A program made the position numbers and the translations under genes. A model generated the notes under the pieces. It worked only from the letters and a program-made list of their open reading frames with translations. It was not told the DNA's origin and did not search any database. Source: Fidelibacterota bacterium (GTDB lineage: Bacteria > Fidelibacterota > Marinisomatia > Marinisomatales > TCS55). From it: a stretch of DNA of 64,000 nt. Shown here in pieces: positions 19,629 through 29,061 of the stretch. Location of the stretch: the NCBI GenBank assembly GCA_046861385.1, contig JBHHTW010000005.1, positions 32,001 to 96,000 of the forward strand, written 5' to 3'. Position 1 is the stretch's first letter; the number at the start of each line of letters is the position of its first letter.

Positions 19629-21622
19629 TTTAATCCTATACTGCATATAGAGCTATTAGCGACGATAGTTCCCGGCTTTGGGCTCTGCCACACCACTTTT
19701 CCTGACCCCGTGAAATTTGTATGCAATCCTAATTTCCTAAGTACGGTTCTTGCTTTTCTCAAGCTCATGCCTCGGACCTCAGGCATATAGAATTTTCCTT
19801 CTTTAGTTTGAGCGACTTTCATTATCTGCATTTGGTTGGATAAAGCCACTGGGCTGTTTACTGCATCACCCTGAGTATGTGGGAGGGGTAGACTTTCTTG
19901 AGCCCATTGCGGGTCTTTTGAGATCGTCCGCGGTTTAAAGCGGCGTATGGAATCGTCCATATTAATGATTCGTTCCATAACGCGGCGAAATACGGGTGCT
20001 GCTCCGTAACCACCCCAGTGGTATCCAATTTTTGGTTCGTCAAGTACGATTACACAAACGAGTTGAGGATTATCTGCCGGTAGAAATCCAGCAAAGTTGG
20101 AAATAAATTTTTTATTTGAATAATGGTCACCAATAAATTTTTGAGCTGTCCCGGTTTTTCCGGCTACAGGCCAACCATTAATCGCCGCATTCGTCCCGGT
20201 TCCGGTTTCAACTACTCTGCAAAGGATATCCACCATAGTGCCAAGTACATCCTTCGAAGATATTTTGCGAACGACCTCAGGTTTTTCAGAATAAATAATT
20301 TTACCATCAGATGAGATAATCTGATTTACCAACCTGGGTTTCATTAAAAAACCGCCGTTTGCAATCGCTGCGTAAGCCATGCCTAACTGTAAGGTTGTTA
20401 CACCTACTTCATGACCCAAAGAAATTTCAGCCAGAGATATATGGCTCCATTCATTGACACGCCTTAAAGTGCCTGGATTCTCACCATCAATCGAAATATT
20501 TGTCGGAGTCCCAAATCCAAAATTTCTACTGTATTTATAAAGTTTTGATGGTCCCAACGTTTCAGCAATTTTTATGACACCGACATTGCTGGAATTTTCA
20601 ATGATCTGTGGTAAAGTTAATAATCCGAAATTACCCCAGTCTTTGATTTTTTTCCCGGCAAATTCATAACTGCCGTTTTCACAATTGAATTCTTGCCATA
20701 GCGAAACAGTATTCTGGTCTAACGCACCTAAAGCAGTAACTATTTTATACGTTGAACCTGGTTCAAACTGGTCTGAAATCACTCTATTGCGCCGCCAGGA
20801 TAAATCAGATCTTCCAGGATAGTTTGGGTCAAAATCAGGAGCGGATGACATGGCTAAAATCGCTCCATTTTGAGGGTTAATTATGAGCCCCATAGCAGAT
20901 GAGGCTTCTGTTTTCTTTACTTGTGCATACAGTTCCTCTTGCAGAATAGCTTGGTACTCCAAATCCAGGGTTAATTGAATATTAGCGCCATCTATCGGTG
21001 GTTCCATCGGGAAATTCGTTTTAAATATAGATTTCCCTTTCCCACTCATTTGTTTTATCACCCAGCCGGGAGTACCTGTTAAGTATTTGTTAAATTTTTG
21101 CTCTAATCCGGCAATTCCCAAGTCATCAATATTGACAAATCCCAAAATTTGTGACGCGATATTCTCATGAGGGTAATAACGACGCGAGTCCCTTTCAATG
21201 ATAATACCATAAGGTTGATCGATCAAAATATCTTCACATTGCGATCGTTGGAGATTGCGTTCCAGATAGACAAAACTTTTATTGGAATCTAATTTTTTCA
21301 GATATTCTTTTGGATCTCTTCCGGTGCACGCGCTTATTTTATCCGCTAATTCTTGTTTGTTGTGAATTTTGAATGGATGAACGCCTAAAGAATAATGAAT
21401 AATATTCCGAGTTAATGAAATGTTATTGCGATCAAATATGTTTCCCCTCACGGGTCGCAATGGTTCTTGTACTCGCCCCTGCGCCAACCCTTTCATTCGA
21501 AGAGATTCACCATCAATGATTTGAATTTTGAACAATCGTATAGACAGGCCTATCCAACACAGGAAAATAATACCAGAAATAAATATTACACGGGACCGAT
21601 ATTTTAAATAGGTCTTAGTCAA
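19625..21622 (-). CDS. ftsI: Penicillin-binding protein FtsI/PBP3 with C-terminal PASTA domain
   Basis: RGNIFDRN, EPGSTYK (SxxK), SSN, KTGT; PASTA-like tail. Confidence 0.93.
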   Translation of the reverse strand: MTKTYLKYRSRVIFISGIIFLCWIGLSIRLFKIQIIDGESLRMKGLAQGRVQEPLRPVRGNIFDRNNISLTRNIIHYSLGVHPFKIHNKQELADKISACTGRDPKEYLKKLDSNKSFVYLERNLQRSQCEDILIDQPYGIIIERDSRRYYPHENIASQILGFVNIDDLGIAGLEQKFNKYLTGTPGWVIKQMSGKGKSIFKTNFPMEPPIDGANIQLTLDLEYQAILQEELYAQVKKTEASSAMGLIINPQNGAILAMSSAPDFDPNYPGRSDLSWRRNRVISDQFEPGSTYKIVTALGALDQNTVSLWQEFNCENGSYEFAGKKIKDWGNFGLLTLPQIIENSSNVGVIKIAETLGPSKLYKYSRNFGFGTPTNISIDGENPGTLRRVNEWSHISLAEISLGHEVGVTTLQLGMAYAAIANGGFLMKPRLVNQIISSDGKIIYSEKPEVVRKISSKDVLGTMVDILCRVVETGTGTNAAINGWPVAGKTGTAQKFIGDHYSNKKFISNFAGFLPADNPQLVCVIVLDEPKIGYHWGGYGAAPVFRRVMERIINMDDSIRRFKPRTISKDPQWAQESLPLPHTQGDAVNSPVALSNQMQIMKVAQTKEGKFYMPEVRGMSLRKARTVLRKLGLHTNFTGSGKVVWQSPKPGTIVANSSICSIGLK

Positions 21623-21953
21623 GAGAATTCTCCATTACAATTGGGTCAACAAACACAGAAATGGATTCAGGATCAGCAACAACCATCCCCAATTCATTTC
21701 TGGCTACTGTCGTAATTCGGTCAACACGATTTAACAGTTCAATCTTGCCTTTTAATTCTTTGACTGTATTATTTAATTCTGAAAAAGTGGATTTTTGAAT
21801 TTCGATTGCCATCATTGTTTCATCTATTTCAGTATATACCCATAAATAAATTATCAGGCCTCCAATCGAGAGAACTGTCACCAGAAAAAATGATAATGTT
21901 TGAAAAAAATCTCGGTACTTATTTTTCATTTTCGATTTACGTTTTTTGGTCAT
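21615..21953 (-). CDS. ftsL: Cell division protein FtsL-like
   Basis: Single TM plus coiled coil, VARNELGMV, located between rsmH and ftsI. Confidence 0.75.
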   Translation of the reverse strand: MTKKRKSKMKNKYRDFFQTLSFFLVTVLSIGGLIIYLWVYTEIDETMMAIEIQKSTFSELNNTVKELKGKIELLNRVDRITTVARNELGMVVADPESISVFVDPIVMENSLD

Positions 21954-22846
21954 TATATCCTTTCTGCTGCGCGCAGTTTTGCGCTTCTGGCGCGGGAATT
22001 ATCTGCTATCTCTTTATTGGTGGGTCGAAGAGGTTTTTTTGTTAAGATGGATACTACATTTTTATTGGACAGATCTTTGAATGAATGTTTCACTATTCTA
22101 TCTTCCAGTGAATGATAACTCAAAATGACGATTCTTCCTTTAGGTGCTAAATAATTGGCAAAATTTTCTAAGAATTTTTGTAAACGTGTTAATTCATCAT
22201 TAACAGCAATTCGCAGAGCCTGGAAAACTCTCGCCAATGAATTTTTTCGATGGTTCGGTGGAGTGCTTCTTCGTATCGCTTCTTTTAAATCGGACACTGT
22301 GTTCATTGAATCCATATTTTTTATAGATCTCGCTATTCTTCTGGATAGTCGCTCTTCTCCATAATTGTAAAGGATGTCTGCTAATTCTTTTTCCGTTTTA
22401 GAAAAAATGAGTTGGGCAGCTGTTTGCCCGTCAGAAGAATTAAAACGCATGTCCAAAGAACCATTAGACTTGAAACCAAAACCTCTGGAGGAGGAATCCA
22501 GCTGGAAGGAAGATAAACCCAAGTCAAGTAATATACCATTCACGACCGATATACCCTCGTCCTGAAGAATTTTAGGGAATAATTCGTACGAGGTATGGAG
22601 GCAGGAGAAGGCACGGCTGTCTGATAGTCGTTCTTTGCAAATTGCCAGAGCCTTCTCGTCGCGGTCAAGTCCGATTAACCTCCCTGAAGCTGAAAGGGCA
22701 TTCAGTATCTGTGCAGCGTGCCCGCCGAGACCTACTGTCCCGTCGAGATAAATTCCATTCCGGTTCGTGATGAGAAAATTCATCGCTTCGTGAATCATCA
22801 CCGGAATATGGAGCGACTTGGTTTCCGGCGTTGAATTTTTGTTCAT
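21953..22846 (-). CDS. rsmH: 16S rRNA m4C1402 methyltransferase
   Basis: HIPVM, DGTVGLGGH, DLGLSSFQLD, FQALRIAVN, HSLEDRIVK, RARSAKLR. Confidence 0.97.
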   Translation of the reverse strand: MNKNSTPETKSLHIPVMIHEAMNFLITNRNGIYLDGTVGLGGHAAQILNALSASGRLIGLDRDEKALAICKERLSDSRAFSCLHTSYELFPKILQDEGISVVNGILLDLGLSSFQLDSSSRGFGFKSNGSLDMRFNSSDGQTAAQLIFSKTEKELADILYNYGEERLSRRIARSIKNMDSMNTVSDLKEAIRRSTPPNHRKNSLARVFQALRIAVNDELTRLQKFLENFANYLAPKGRIVILSYHSLEDRIVKHSFKDLSNKNVVSILTKKPLRPTNKEIADNSRARSAKLRAAERI

Positions 22847-23310
22847 TATAAAATAATTTTTTCTGATAGTTCATCGTAAGCCGACGAGTCCAATTCTGTT
22901 GCTTGATTTTCAATTCTTGATAATTCCGCCGCATTCCATATTTCAATTTTATTGATCATTCCAATAATCAAGGCATCATTATCGATATTGGCATAATCCA
23001 TCAGTTGAGGCGAGAGAATGATTCGACCTTGTTTATCAAATTTAACAGGTGAAGCATACCGAGCTGTACTGCGGATAAATGATCTATTGATCGGTGAGAT
23101 AGCAGATAGTTCTTTCAAATTGTCTTCGATATACTGCCAACCCGTAAGAGGGTAAACCCAGATACAGGGATCCATTCCCCGGGTGATAACAAATGTGTTA
23201 TCGTTTTCCGGAGCAAGGCTCTGTCGAAATTTAGCAGGAATATTGACACGACCTTTCGCATCAATTGTATAGGAATACTCTCCTATAAATGTATCTTGAT
23301 TGATTGTCAT
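22846..23310 (-). CDS. mraZ: Transcriptional regulator MraZ
   Basis: FIGEY, DAKGRVNIP, DKQGRI, IEIW; first gene of the dcw cluster (ATG 23310, alternative GTG 23316). Confidence 0.95.
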   Translation of the reverse strand: MTINQDTFIGEYSYTIDAKGRVNIPAKFRQSLAPENDNTFVITRGMDPCIWVYPLTGWQYIEDNLKELSAISPINRSFIRSTARYASPVKFDKQGRIILSPQLMDYANIDNDALIIGMINKIEIWNAAELSRIENQATELDSSAYDELSEKIIL

Positions 23311-23380
23311 ACCCACTTAAGTTTGTTTTGAATTACCCACAATTACCCACAATATATTTCACTCTACCCACTTATGTCAA
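23310..23380 (-). promoter_or_regulatory. dcw promoter with MraZ-binding GTGGG repeats
   Basis: GTGGGTA (minus strand) at 23310-16, 23334-40, 23344-50 and 23365-71; TTGACA at 23375-80 with TATATT 18 nt downstream. Confidence 0.8.
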
Positions 23381-23426
23381 CTTATTTTATAAAGGTATTT
23401 AATAATTTTCTGTTTTTTTAGACGAG

Positions 23427-23452
23427 AAAAAGCTTCAACCGATAGTTGAAGT
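23427..23452 (-). terminator. Probable rho-independent terminator of the rodZ-like gene
   Basis: Minus strand CTTCAAC-TATCG-GTTGAAG followed by CTTTTT. Confidence 0.55.
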
Positions 23453-23480
23453 CAAGTGGGAAGTTAAAGTAATCTTTTAA

Positions 23481-24311
23481 CTATCTTTGGGGAATGTAGT
23501 GCTTAACGGTGACCGTGCTTGGGTCAGAAATGAATTCAATATCTGCAGGATGAGAGTAATCACCAAGCTCATCAACTTCAACACCATTTATATAAAGGGT
23601 AGTTCCCGCAGTTTGATTCAATCTTATATGAAATTTACTATCAAAGGGAAGACTGTATTCTTCGCCCGGAGGAAGAATACCTGATCGAGTAGTGGATGTA
23701 TCGATTTTAACACTGTACCAAATGCGTTCATCTGATATGATTTTCATTTTAAATGGAAAAGTGACAGTCATTGCAACAGTTTGAGATACTGCTTCTACGT
23801 AGTCATTTGTTAAAATATCATCGGTGATGATTGCCGGATTGTTCGTCAAAACAATTTCACCATTTTGGAGAGATGCTGCACTGTCTTCAGAATTGATTTT
23901 TTTTATAATGAATATGGCAAATAGAAAGATGATTAATAAAACAACACCTTTGATTAAATCCTCTCGAATTTTCGTTGGAGGTCTGGAGTGTGATGGTGGT
24001 TTCAATTTCGCATCTTTTTGATCATCTATCGATGCTTCTTTTGTAAAGACGGGTTTTTTTGGAATCCTTCTACCTTCTTTACTGGCTTGAAAAATATCCA
24101 ATTGGTGCAATGCTTCATCGGGATCACCACCCAGTTCAACAACATATGCCCTCAAAAATAAGCGTACGTAAGGCAATGGTAAGATTTCAAATTGACCTTC
24201 TTCAATCGCTGTTAAATAATCAATATTGATTTTTGTTCTGGAATGGATTTCTTCCAGCTCAATATTTTGCGACTGCCTTTTTTCTTTGAGGTCTTTAAAG
24301 AATTCGTTCAT
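23481..24311 (-). CDS. RodZ-like protein (HTH_25, TM, DUF4115-like)
   Basis: N-terminal HTH (RTKINIDYLTAIEEG...YVRLFLRAY), single TM, periplasmic beta domain. Confidence 0.8.
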   Translation of the reverse strand: MNEFFKDLKEKRQSQNIELEEIHSRTKINIDYLTAIEEGQFEILPLPYVRLFLRAYVVELGGDPDEALHQLDIFQASKEGRRIPKKPVFTKEASIDDQKDAKLKPPSHSRPPTKIREDLIKGVVLLIIFLFAIFIIKKINSEDSAASLQNGEIVLTNNPAIITDDILTNDYVEAVSQTVAMTVTFPFKMKIISDERIWYSVKIDTSTTRSGILPPGEEYSLPFDSKFHIRLNQTAGTTLYINGVEVDELGDYSHPADIEFISDPSTVTVKHYIPQR

Positions 24312-24373
24312 AATGATTCAATGAATAGGGGAGAAACTTAACCGACCGTATGCTTCGTTATCAATATAAATGT

Positions 24374-24961
24374 CTATTTATTTACAATATGTTTATAGTG
24401 TTTAAAAAATGCTGATAAGGGAAAACCCATTACGTTATAAAAACAACCATTTATTTTTTTTACATTAACCGAAAACCAATCCTGGATTCCATAACTTCCA
24501 GCTTTATCAAATGGTCTGTAAGTCTCAATATAATTAGATATAGTACTATCTGAAAGATTCATAAACGTTACCTTTGTTTTTTCAAAAAATGTACGACTGA
24601 TTTGATGGTTAATATGGTTTAATGACACTCCTGTGAAAACAGAATGTGTTCGGTCTGATAATGATTTTAACATAGCAAAACTTTCTTTTTTATCTTTAGG
24701 TTTGCCAAGAATTTTACCATCCAGCACGACAATAGTATCTGCACCGATTACTAAATAATTTTGGTTTTTACTAGCAATATCAAGAGATTTTTCTTTTGCA
24801 TAAAACTTGACAAATTCTTCAGGAGACAAACTGATATTAAAATCTTCGTGTATTTTGCTAGGGGCTACATCAAAGGTTAAATTGATCATTTCCAGAAGTT
24901 GTTTTCTTCTCGGAGAAGCAGAGGCGAGGATAATAGGGAACAGTTGCAAATTATTATTCAA
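24374..24961 (-). CDS. maf: Maf family nucleoside triphosphate pyrophosphatase
   Basis: IILASASPRR, IGADTIV, ILGKP, DKAGSYGIQ, NVMGFP; start uncertain (TTG 24961 chosen; ORF track gives 25045). Confidence 0.92.
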   Translation of the reverse strand: MNNNLQLFPIILASASPRRKQLLEMINLTFDVAPSKIHEDFNISLSPEEFVKFYAKEKSLDIASKNQNYLVIGADTIVVLDGKILGKPKDKKESFAMLKSLSDRTHSVFTGVSLNHINHQISRTFFEKTKVTFMNLSDSTISNYIETYRPFDKAGSYGIQDWFSVNVKKINGCFYNVMGFPLSAFFKHYKHIVNK

Positions 24962-24962
24962 A

Positions 24963-25136
24963 TTAGATTTGATTGTTATCCCAAAGTGCCGCGACATTTT
25001 TTGGTAAAATACACCAGGGTTTTTCATCTCGTCCCTCTTCAGCAAGCCGAAAACCTAATATTTTGTGGTACCGTTCTACGGCATCTTTAAAATTATGGGT
25101 ACTTAAGTTAAAATGATCCATTCGTGTAACACTCAT
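24963..25136 (-). pseudogene. Short VOC/glyoxalase-like fragment (57 aa)
   Basis: MSVTRMDHFNLSTHNFKDAVERYHKILGFRLAEEG resembles the first half of a VOC domain, then stops. Confidence 0.5.
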
Positions 25137-25149
25137 CTTAGAAATCGTA

Positions 25150-28100
25150 CTATTGGAATTTAGCAAGTTTCTTTATTACTGAAACTGTTTGATTACCATC
25201 ATTTGCTTTCAGACGATACAAATATACTCCGTTCGCTAAGCGCTCACCGTAGGCATCTCTGCCGTTCCAGTTAATATAATGATAACCTTCGGAAAATTGC
25301 TCTTCTGGAATGCTCATAATTCGTCGTCCACCAAGGGTGAAGATATCAATAGAAACGTTTGCATCGGATGTTAATTCAAAAGCGAATTGGGTTGTTGTCG
25401 AATAGGGGTTTGGAAAATTCAGGACATTAAATATATTTAAAGTTTGATTTTCAAACAGGTACAATGTGAATTCCTTTTCTGATGGATTATTCGCATTATC
25501 CCATGCTTTTATATGAAGAGAGAGAGGTGAATCTGTCCCATCATGGGGGAATTGTATCACTCCGGTTGTAATACTATTTTCATCATAAATGTATTGGGAG
25601 GACATATTTTTCTTCATGTCATCATTCAGATTTGATACTATAATCTCATGACCAACTTCACCGGTGAGGTTGATTCCGATCGGATCGGATATCCGAATAA
25701 TTATTTTTTCATCTTTCTGTAAATGATCATTATCCTGAAGCAGTCGCCCCGTTTCTGTTTCAAGTGAAATAATGGGTCCCTGTGTGTCAGAAATCGGTTT
25801 ACCGCTTTTTAGAAAAATATTATTCAGTATTCCCAAAGCTTCCGTTGGTGGTTCCGAATTTAACTGTACATACGAATTTAGGTGGGCAGGGGTGGTTGAG
25901 TAAGATATATCTTTTGGTATTCTTAACCGGGCGCTAAAATTATTTTCAGTAATTGAAAATTGTCCTTTAAATAATATTGGCCCCGGCAAAGTATAGGATA
26001 TTTCTTGTGTTTTTGAATTAATGATATATTGTCTGGTAACATCTCGATCTGCATCAGCAAGCCTAATTACTCCAACACCGGATGCACCTGTTGGTGATGT
26101 TAATCTTCCAAAAACTCGTGCTGTATCCAGGGAGCTCAATGTGTCCGGTACAATATGGGTCATGTTAATTTCTTTTTCTGGGATTGGTAGTGGCATACTG
26201 GGATCGCCAAAAAGATGAAATAATTCGCCACTACTATTCCCATCTTTTACCGATTGCAATACAACTCCAATTGGGGCATCTGTCACGCTGAGATCAGGGA
26301 ATATTGCTTTAAATAATTTTACGATATAAGCAGCATTTGATGAAACTGCAATTGGGCGGCTGGTCGTAATAATGGATGAGGCTCCTTCCATAGGTTGGCG
26401 AATTAATTCCTCAGCAAATGACTCTTTGTCTAGGAAATCAAAATGTCCCCATGAACATGTTCCGGCAATCCAAACCGGTAATTTCATATTGGTTTCAATT
26501 TGACCTATATCCCCTCGATCCTGAACAAGGAGTTTTTCCTGGGCCCACTGATGCTCGGATCCATGACCAATATAATTAATAATGGCTGTTCCTTCAGTTA
26601 AAATATCGAACAAAGCTTCAGTGGCATCCGGTTTAATAACGCCGTATGAAGATGCATCACTTACTTCCGGATATTCCAGCATATATAATTTTTGAACTTC
26701 AATTCTTGGTGAAATAAATTTGGAGGCGTTTTCAGAATTTAATGTATGGCTTTTTCCGGTTGAAATAGATCCATGAGGTCCATCATCTTCTGGCCGAGCG
26801 CCATCGTCGGCGACTAAGGTAACGCGCTGGCGCCAATAGCCCAATACTGGATGTGTTTCGTACTCAATGATTTTCTCAACATAATCCTGAACTTCGTCAA
26901 CATTTTTCGCAGGAAATCGTCCAATTGCCAGGTCGGGTATGCGACCGCTGAACGCGGCAAGACGATCGTCAACAGCTCTATTTCCGTATGCACCTTTAAT
27001 AATTGTCGGTACTTTTATACCAGACTCACCGGAAATGTTTCTATAATCATAATCTGCGTCTCCCATGAATAGAACGCTATATGGAATCGGGTTTGACCAT
27101 TGCTCATTAGTCCATTGCAAAAACCTGCGAATCGCAGTTGGGTCAGCGTTTCCACCGGAGAATTCGTCGTAAATGGTTTCGAGGGGTATGAATTTTGAAC
27201 TCCCTCGATGGTCTGCCAATGGTTGGGAAGCCGATTCATATTTTCCAGGACCAATAATCAGATGATCTACACCAGCATTATTATGGCGCAGCTGGGTGAA
27301 GGAATGACCACTTATTAAATCCATATTTGTAATTGGACTAACATCAGTATCTTTAAAGAGGATAAATCGCATTAGTGTATCAGATGGTAAATCGACATTC
27401 ATTGAATAATTGGAATTATTAAATGCTATATCCACCATTTTTGGCTGTGTCACATCAGTAATATCCCATACATTGGGTGCGAGTGTTCCTGAAAAATTAA
27501 ATGAAACGGAGTTACCTGTAATCGGGGCAAAAAATTCAAAAGGACTATTATCTATATTTAATTTTCTCCCATAACGAATTGTAGCGTAATCAAAATGGGG
27601 AAAGGAATAGCTACTGGAGGTTGATTTGTTGTCCAGATAAATAAGGTTAACACCTTCTTTTAAGTCGAATCCATTGACCGAAAATTTCCCCGATCTTTGA
27701 TTTGCTCCCGAAAAAGTAATCGTATCCTTTGCAATTCCTCTTTCGTTGAGATATACGAATATTGTATGGTTTTTACTAATTCCTGATGTATTCATCACGT
27801 AGTCTAAATCTGTAAAGCTACCTCTAATTGATACCTTGATCTCTGCACTTACAGATGGTTCCGGATCATTAATTTTAGGAACCACGGTGAAGCTGGATCC
27901 TCGTCCAAAACCTGATCCAGTCCAGATTAACCCACCAAGAAATGGGTTAATAACATCATTTTCAATATGGATATACGATGTTGCATAATCCAAAGATAGA
28001 CTAGTCGTTGACGGACTGGCGGCAGTTTTAATTCGTTTACCTCTTATATTACTGTCATCAGGAATTAATAGCCAATAATGATTATCTGTAAAGTAGAGGT

Positions 28101-28929
28101 TTTGATGATGTTTAATTGTCTCTCCGTTTTGGTCAAACCCATTGGCTCCGCGACCATAAAACTGGAACAAATCATCGTTGTCCAGTTTTTCATTATCTTC
28201 TCCCGTTACAAACATACTGATTTCAACCAGATTCTCTGGAATTTCAGAATAAGAAATAGTATTAATCACAGTACTGCTTCTGTCTCTTCCAAGAGCGGTT
28301 GATGTAAACAACATAAAGGAACGGGGATTCTCATTTTGCACAGTACCGCTAAGTGATATAAGGTCAGCACCGGAGAAGGAATACAATTTATCTTCCTTCA
28401 CCGAAAATTTCATCCATTTTCCTAAGGGTAATTCTGATTTTTTTTTGCGTGAATGTTTTTGGTCATAAAACCAATTTTTTGCGCTGTCCCAGTTCAGTAT
28501 TCGATTTTGTAGAAATAATGTTTGTGTCTTGTTTGCAGTAACCAGTCTATTGTGTGAAGGGAAAAATGAAATTTCAATCCAATAATTTTCATAGTAATAA
28601 TTATCGGAATTTGCTGGATTTATTTCAAGGGTAGCCGTTTCTAATGACCTCACTTTTTGCTGGTTGATCCAACGAACAGCCGGATGTTTGCCTTCAATGA
28701 AGAATGGGTTTTTTTGTTTATTTAATTCTCGAATGCTCAAAGTGGGTAATTCTTTATCTGGCAGACCGATCAGAAAGGTCAACGGTTCCAGGTCACTTTC
28801 TGTTTTAACGTCAAAATGGATCGAGATTACCAGTTTCTCATCAGTGGATTCATTTACTTCCCATTGCCTACCGGCAAAAATGAAAGTAATTAAAAACAAA
28901 AAATGAAAGTGTTTCCAAAATATTTTCAT
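25150..28929 (-). CDS. PorU-like C25 (gingipain-family) peptidase / type IX secretion sortase with C-terminal FlgD-Ig/CTD
   Basis: Signal peptide; IYDEFSGG..DPTAIR, GRFP, NYIGHG (His), AGTCSWG (Cys), LFGDP; NFPNP...WNGRD...GVYLYRL tail. Confidence 0.85.
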   Translation of the reverse strand: MKIFWKHFHFLFLITFIFAGRQWEVNESTDEKLVISIHFDVKTESDLEPLTFLIGLPDKELPTLSIRELNKQKNPFFIEGKHPAVRWINQQKVRSLETATLEINPANSDNYYYENYWIEISFFPSHNRLVTANKTQTLFLQNRILNWDSAKNWFYDQKHSRKKKSELPLGKWMKFSVKEDKLYSFSGADLISLSGTVQNENPRSFMLFTSTALGRDRSSTVINTISYSEIPENLVEISMFVTGEDNEKLDNDDLFQFYGRGANGFDQNGETIKHHQNLYFTDNHYWLLIPDDSNIRGKRIKTAASPSTTSLSLDYATSYIHIENDVINPFLGGLIWTGSGFGRGSSFTVVPKINDPEPSVSAEIKVSIRGSFTDLDYVMNTSGISKNHTIFVYLNERGIAKDTITFSGANQRSGKFSVNGFDLKEGVNLIYLDNKSTSSSYSFPHFDYATIRYGRKLNIDNSPFEFFAPITGNSVSFNFSGTLAPNVWDITDVTQPKMVDIAFNNSNYSMNVDLPSDTLMRFILFKDTDVSPITNMDLISGHSFTQLRHNNAGVDHLIIGPGKYESASQPLADHRGSSKFIPLETIYDEFSGGNADPTAIRRFLQWTNEQWSNPIPYSVLFMGDADYDYRNISGESGIKVPTIIKGAYGNRAVDDRLAAFSGRIPDLAIGRFPAKNVDEVQDYVEKIIEYETHPVLGYWRQRVTLVADDGARPEDDGPHGSISTGKSHTLNSENASKFISPRIEVQKLYMLEYPEVSDASSYGVIKPDATEALFDILTEGTAIINYIGHGSEHQWAQEKLLVQDRGDIGQIETNMKLPVWIAGTCSWGHFDFLDKESFAEELIRQPMEGASSIITTSRPIAVSSNAAYIVKLFKAIFPDLSVTDAPIGVVLQSVKDGNSSGELFHLFGDPSMPLPIPEKEINMTHIVPDTLSSLDTARVFGRLTSPTGASGVGVIRLADADRDVTRQYIINSKTQEISYTLPGPILFKGQFSITENNFSARLRIPKDISYSTTPAHLNSYVQLNSEPPTEALGILNNIFLKSGKPISDTQGPIISLETETGRLLQDNDHLQKDEKIIIRISDPIGINLTGEVGHEIIVSNLNDDMKKNMSSQYIYDENSITTGVIQFPHDGTDSPLSLHIKAWDNANNPSEKEFTLYLFENQTLNIFNVLNFPNPYSTTTQFAFELTSDANVSIDIFTLGGRRIMSIPEEQFSEGYHYINWNGRDAYGERLANGVYLYRLKANDGNQTVSVIKKLAKFQ

Positions 28930-29061
28930 TTGAATTTTATTAATTTATTCAGCATTGAAATTGAAATATGATTACGTAAATGTGTAAGTTTGTCTATCGA
29001 AATCGAACGTGAATATAGTAGTTCGGTTCCATCTTCTTTAATCTAATTATTAGGATTCCCT

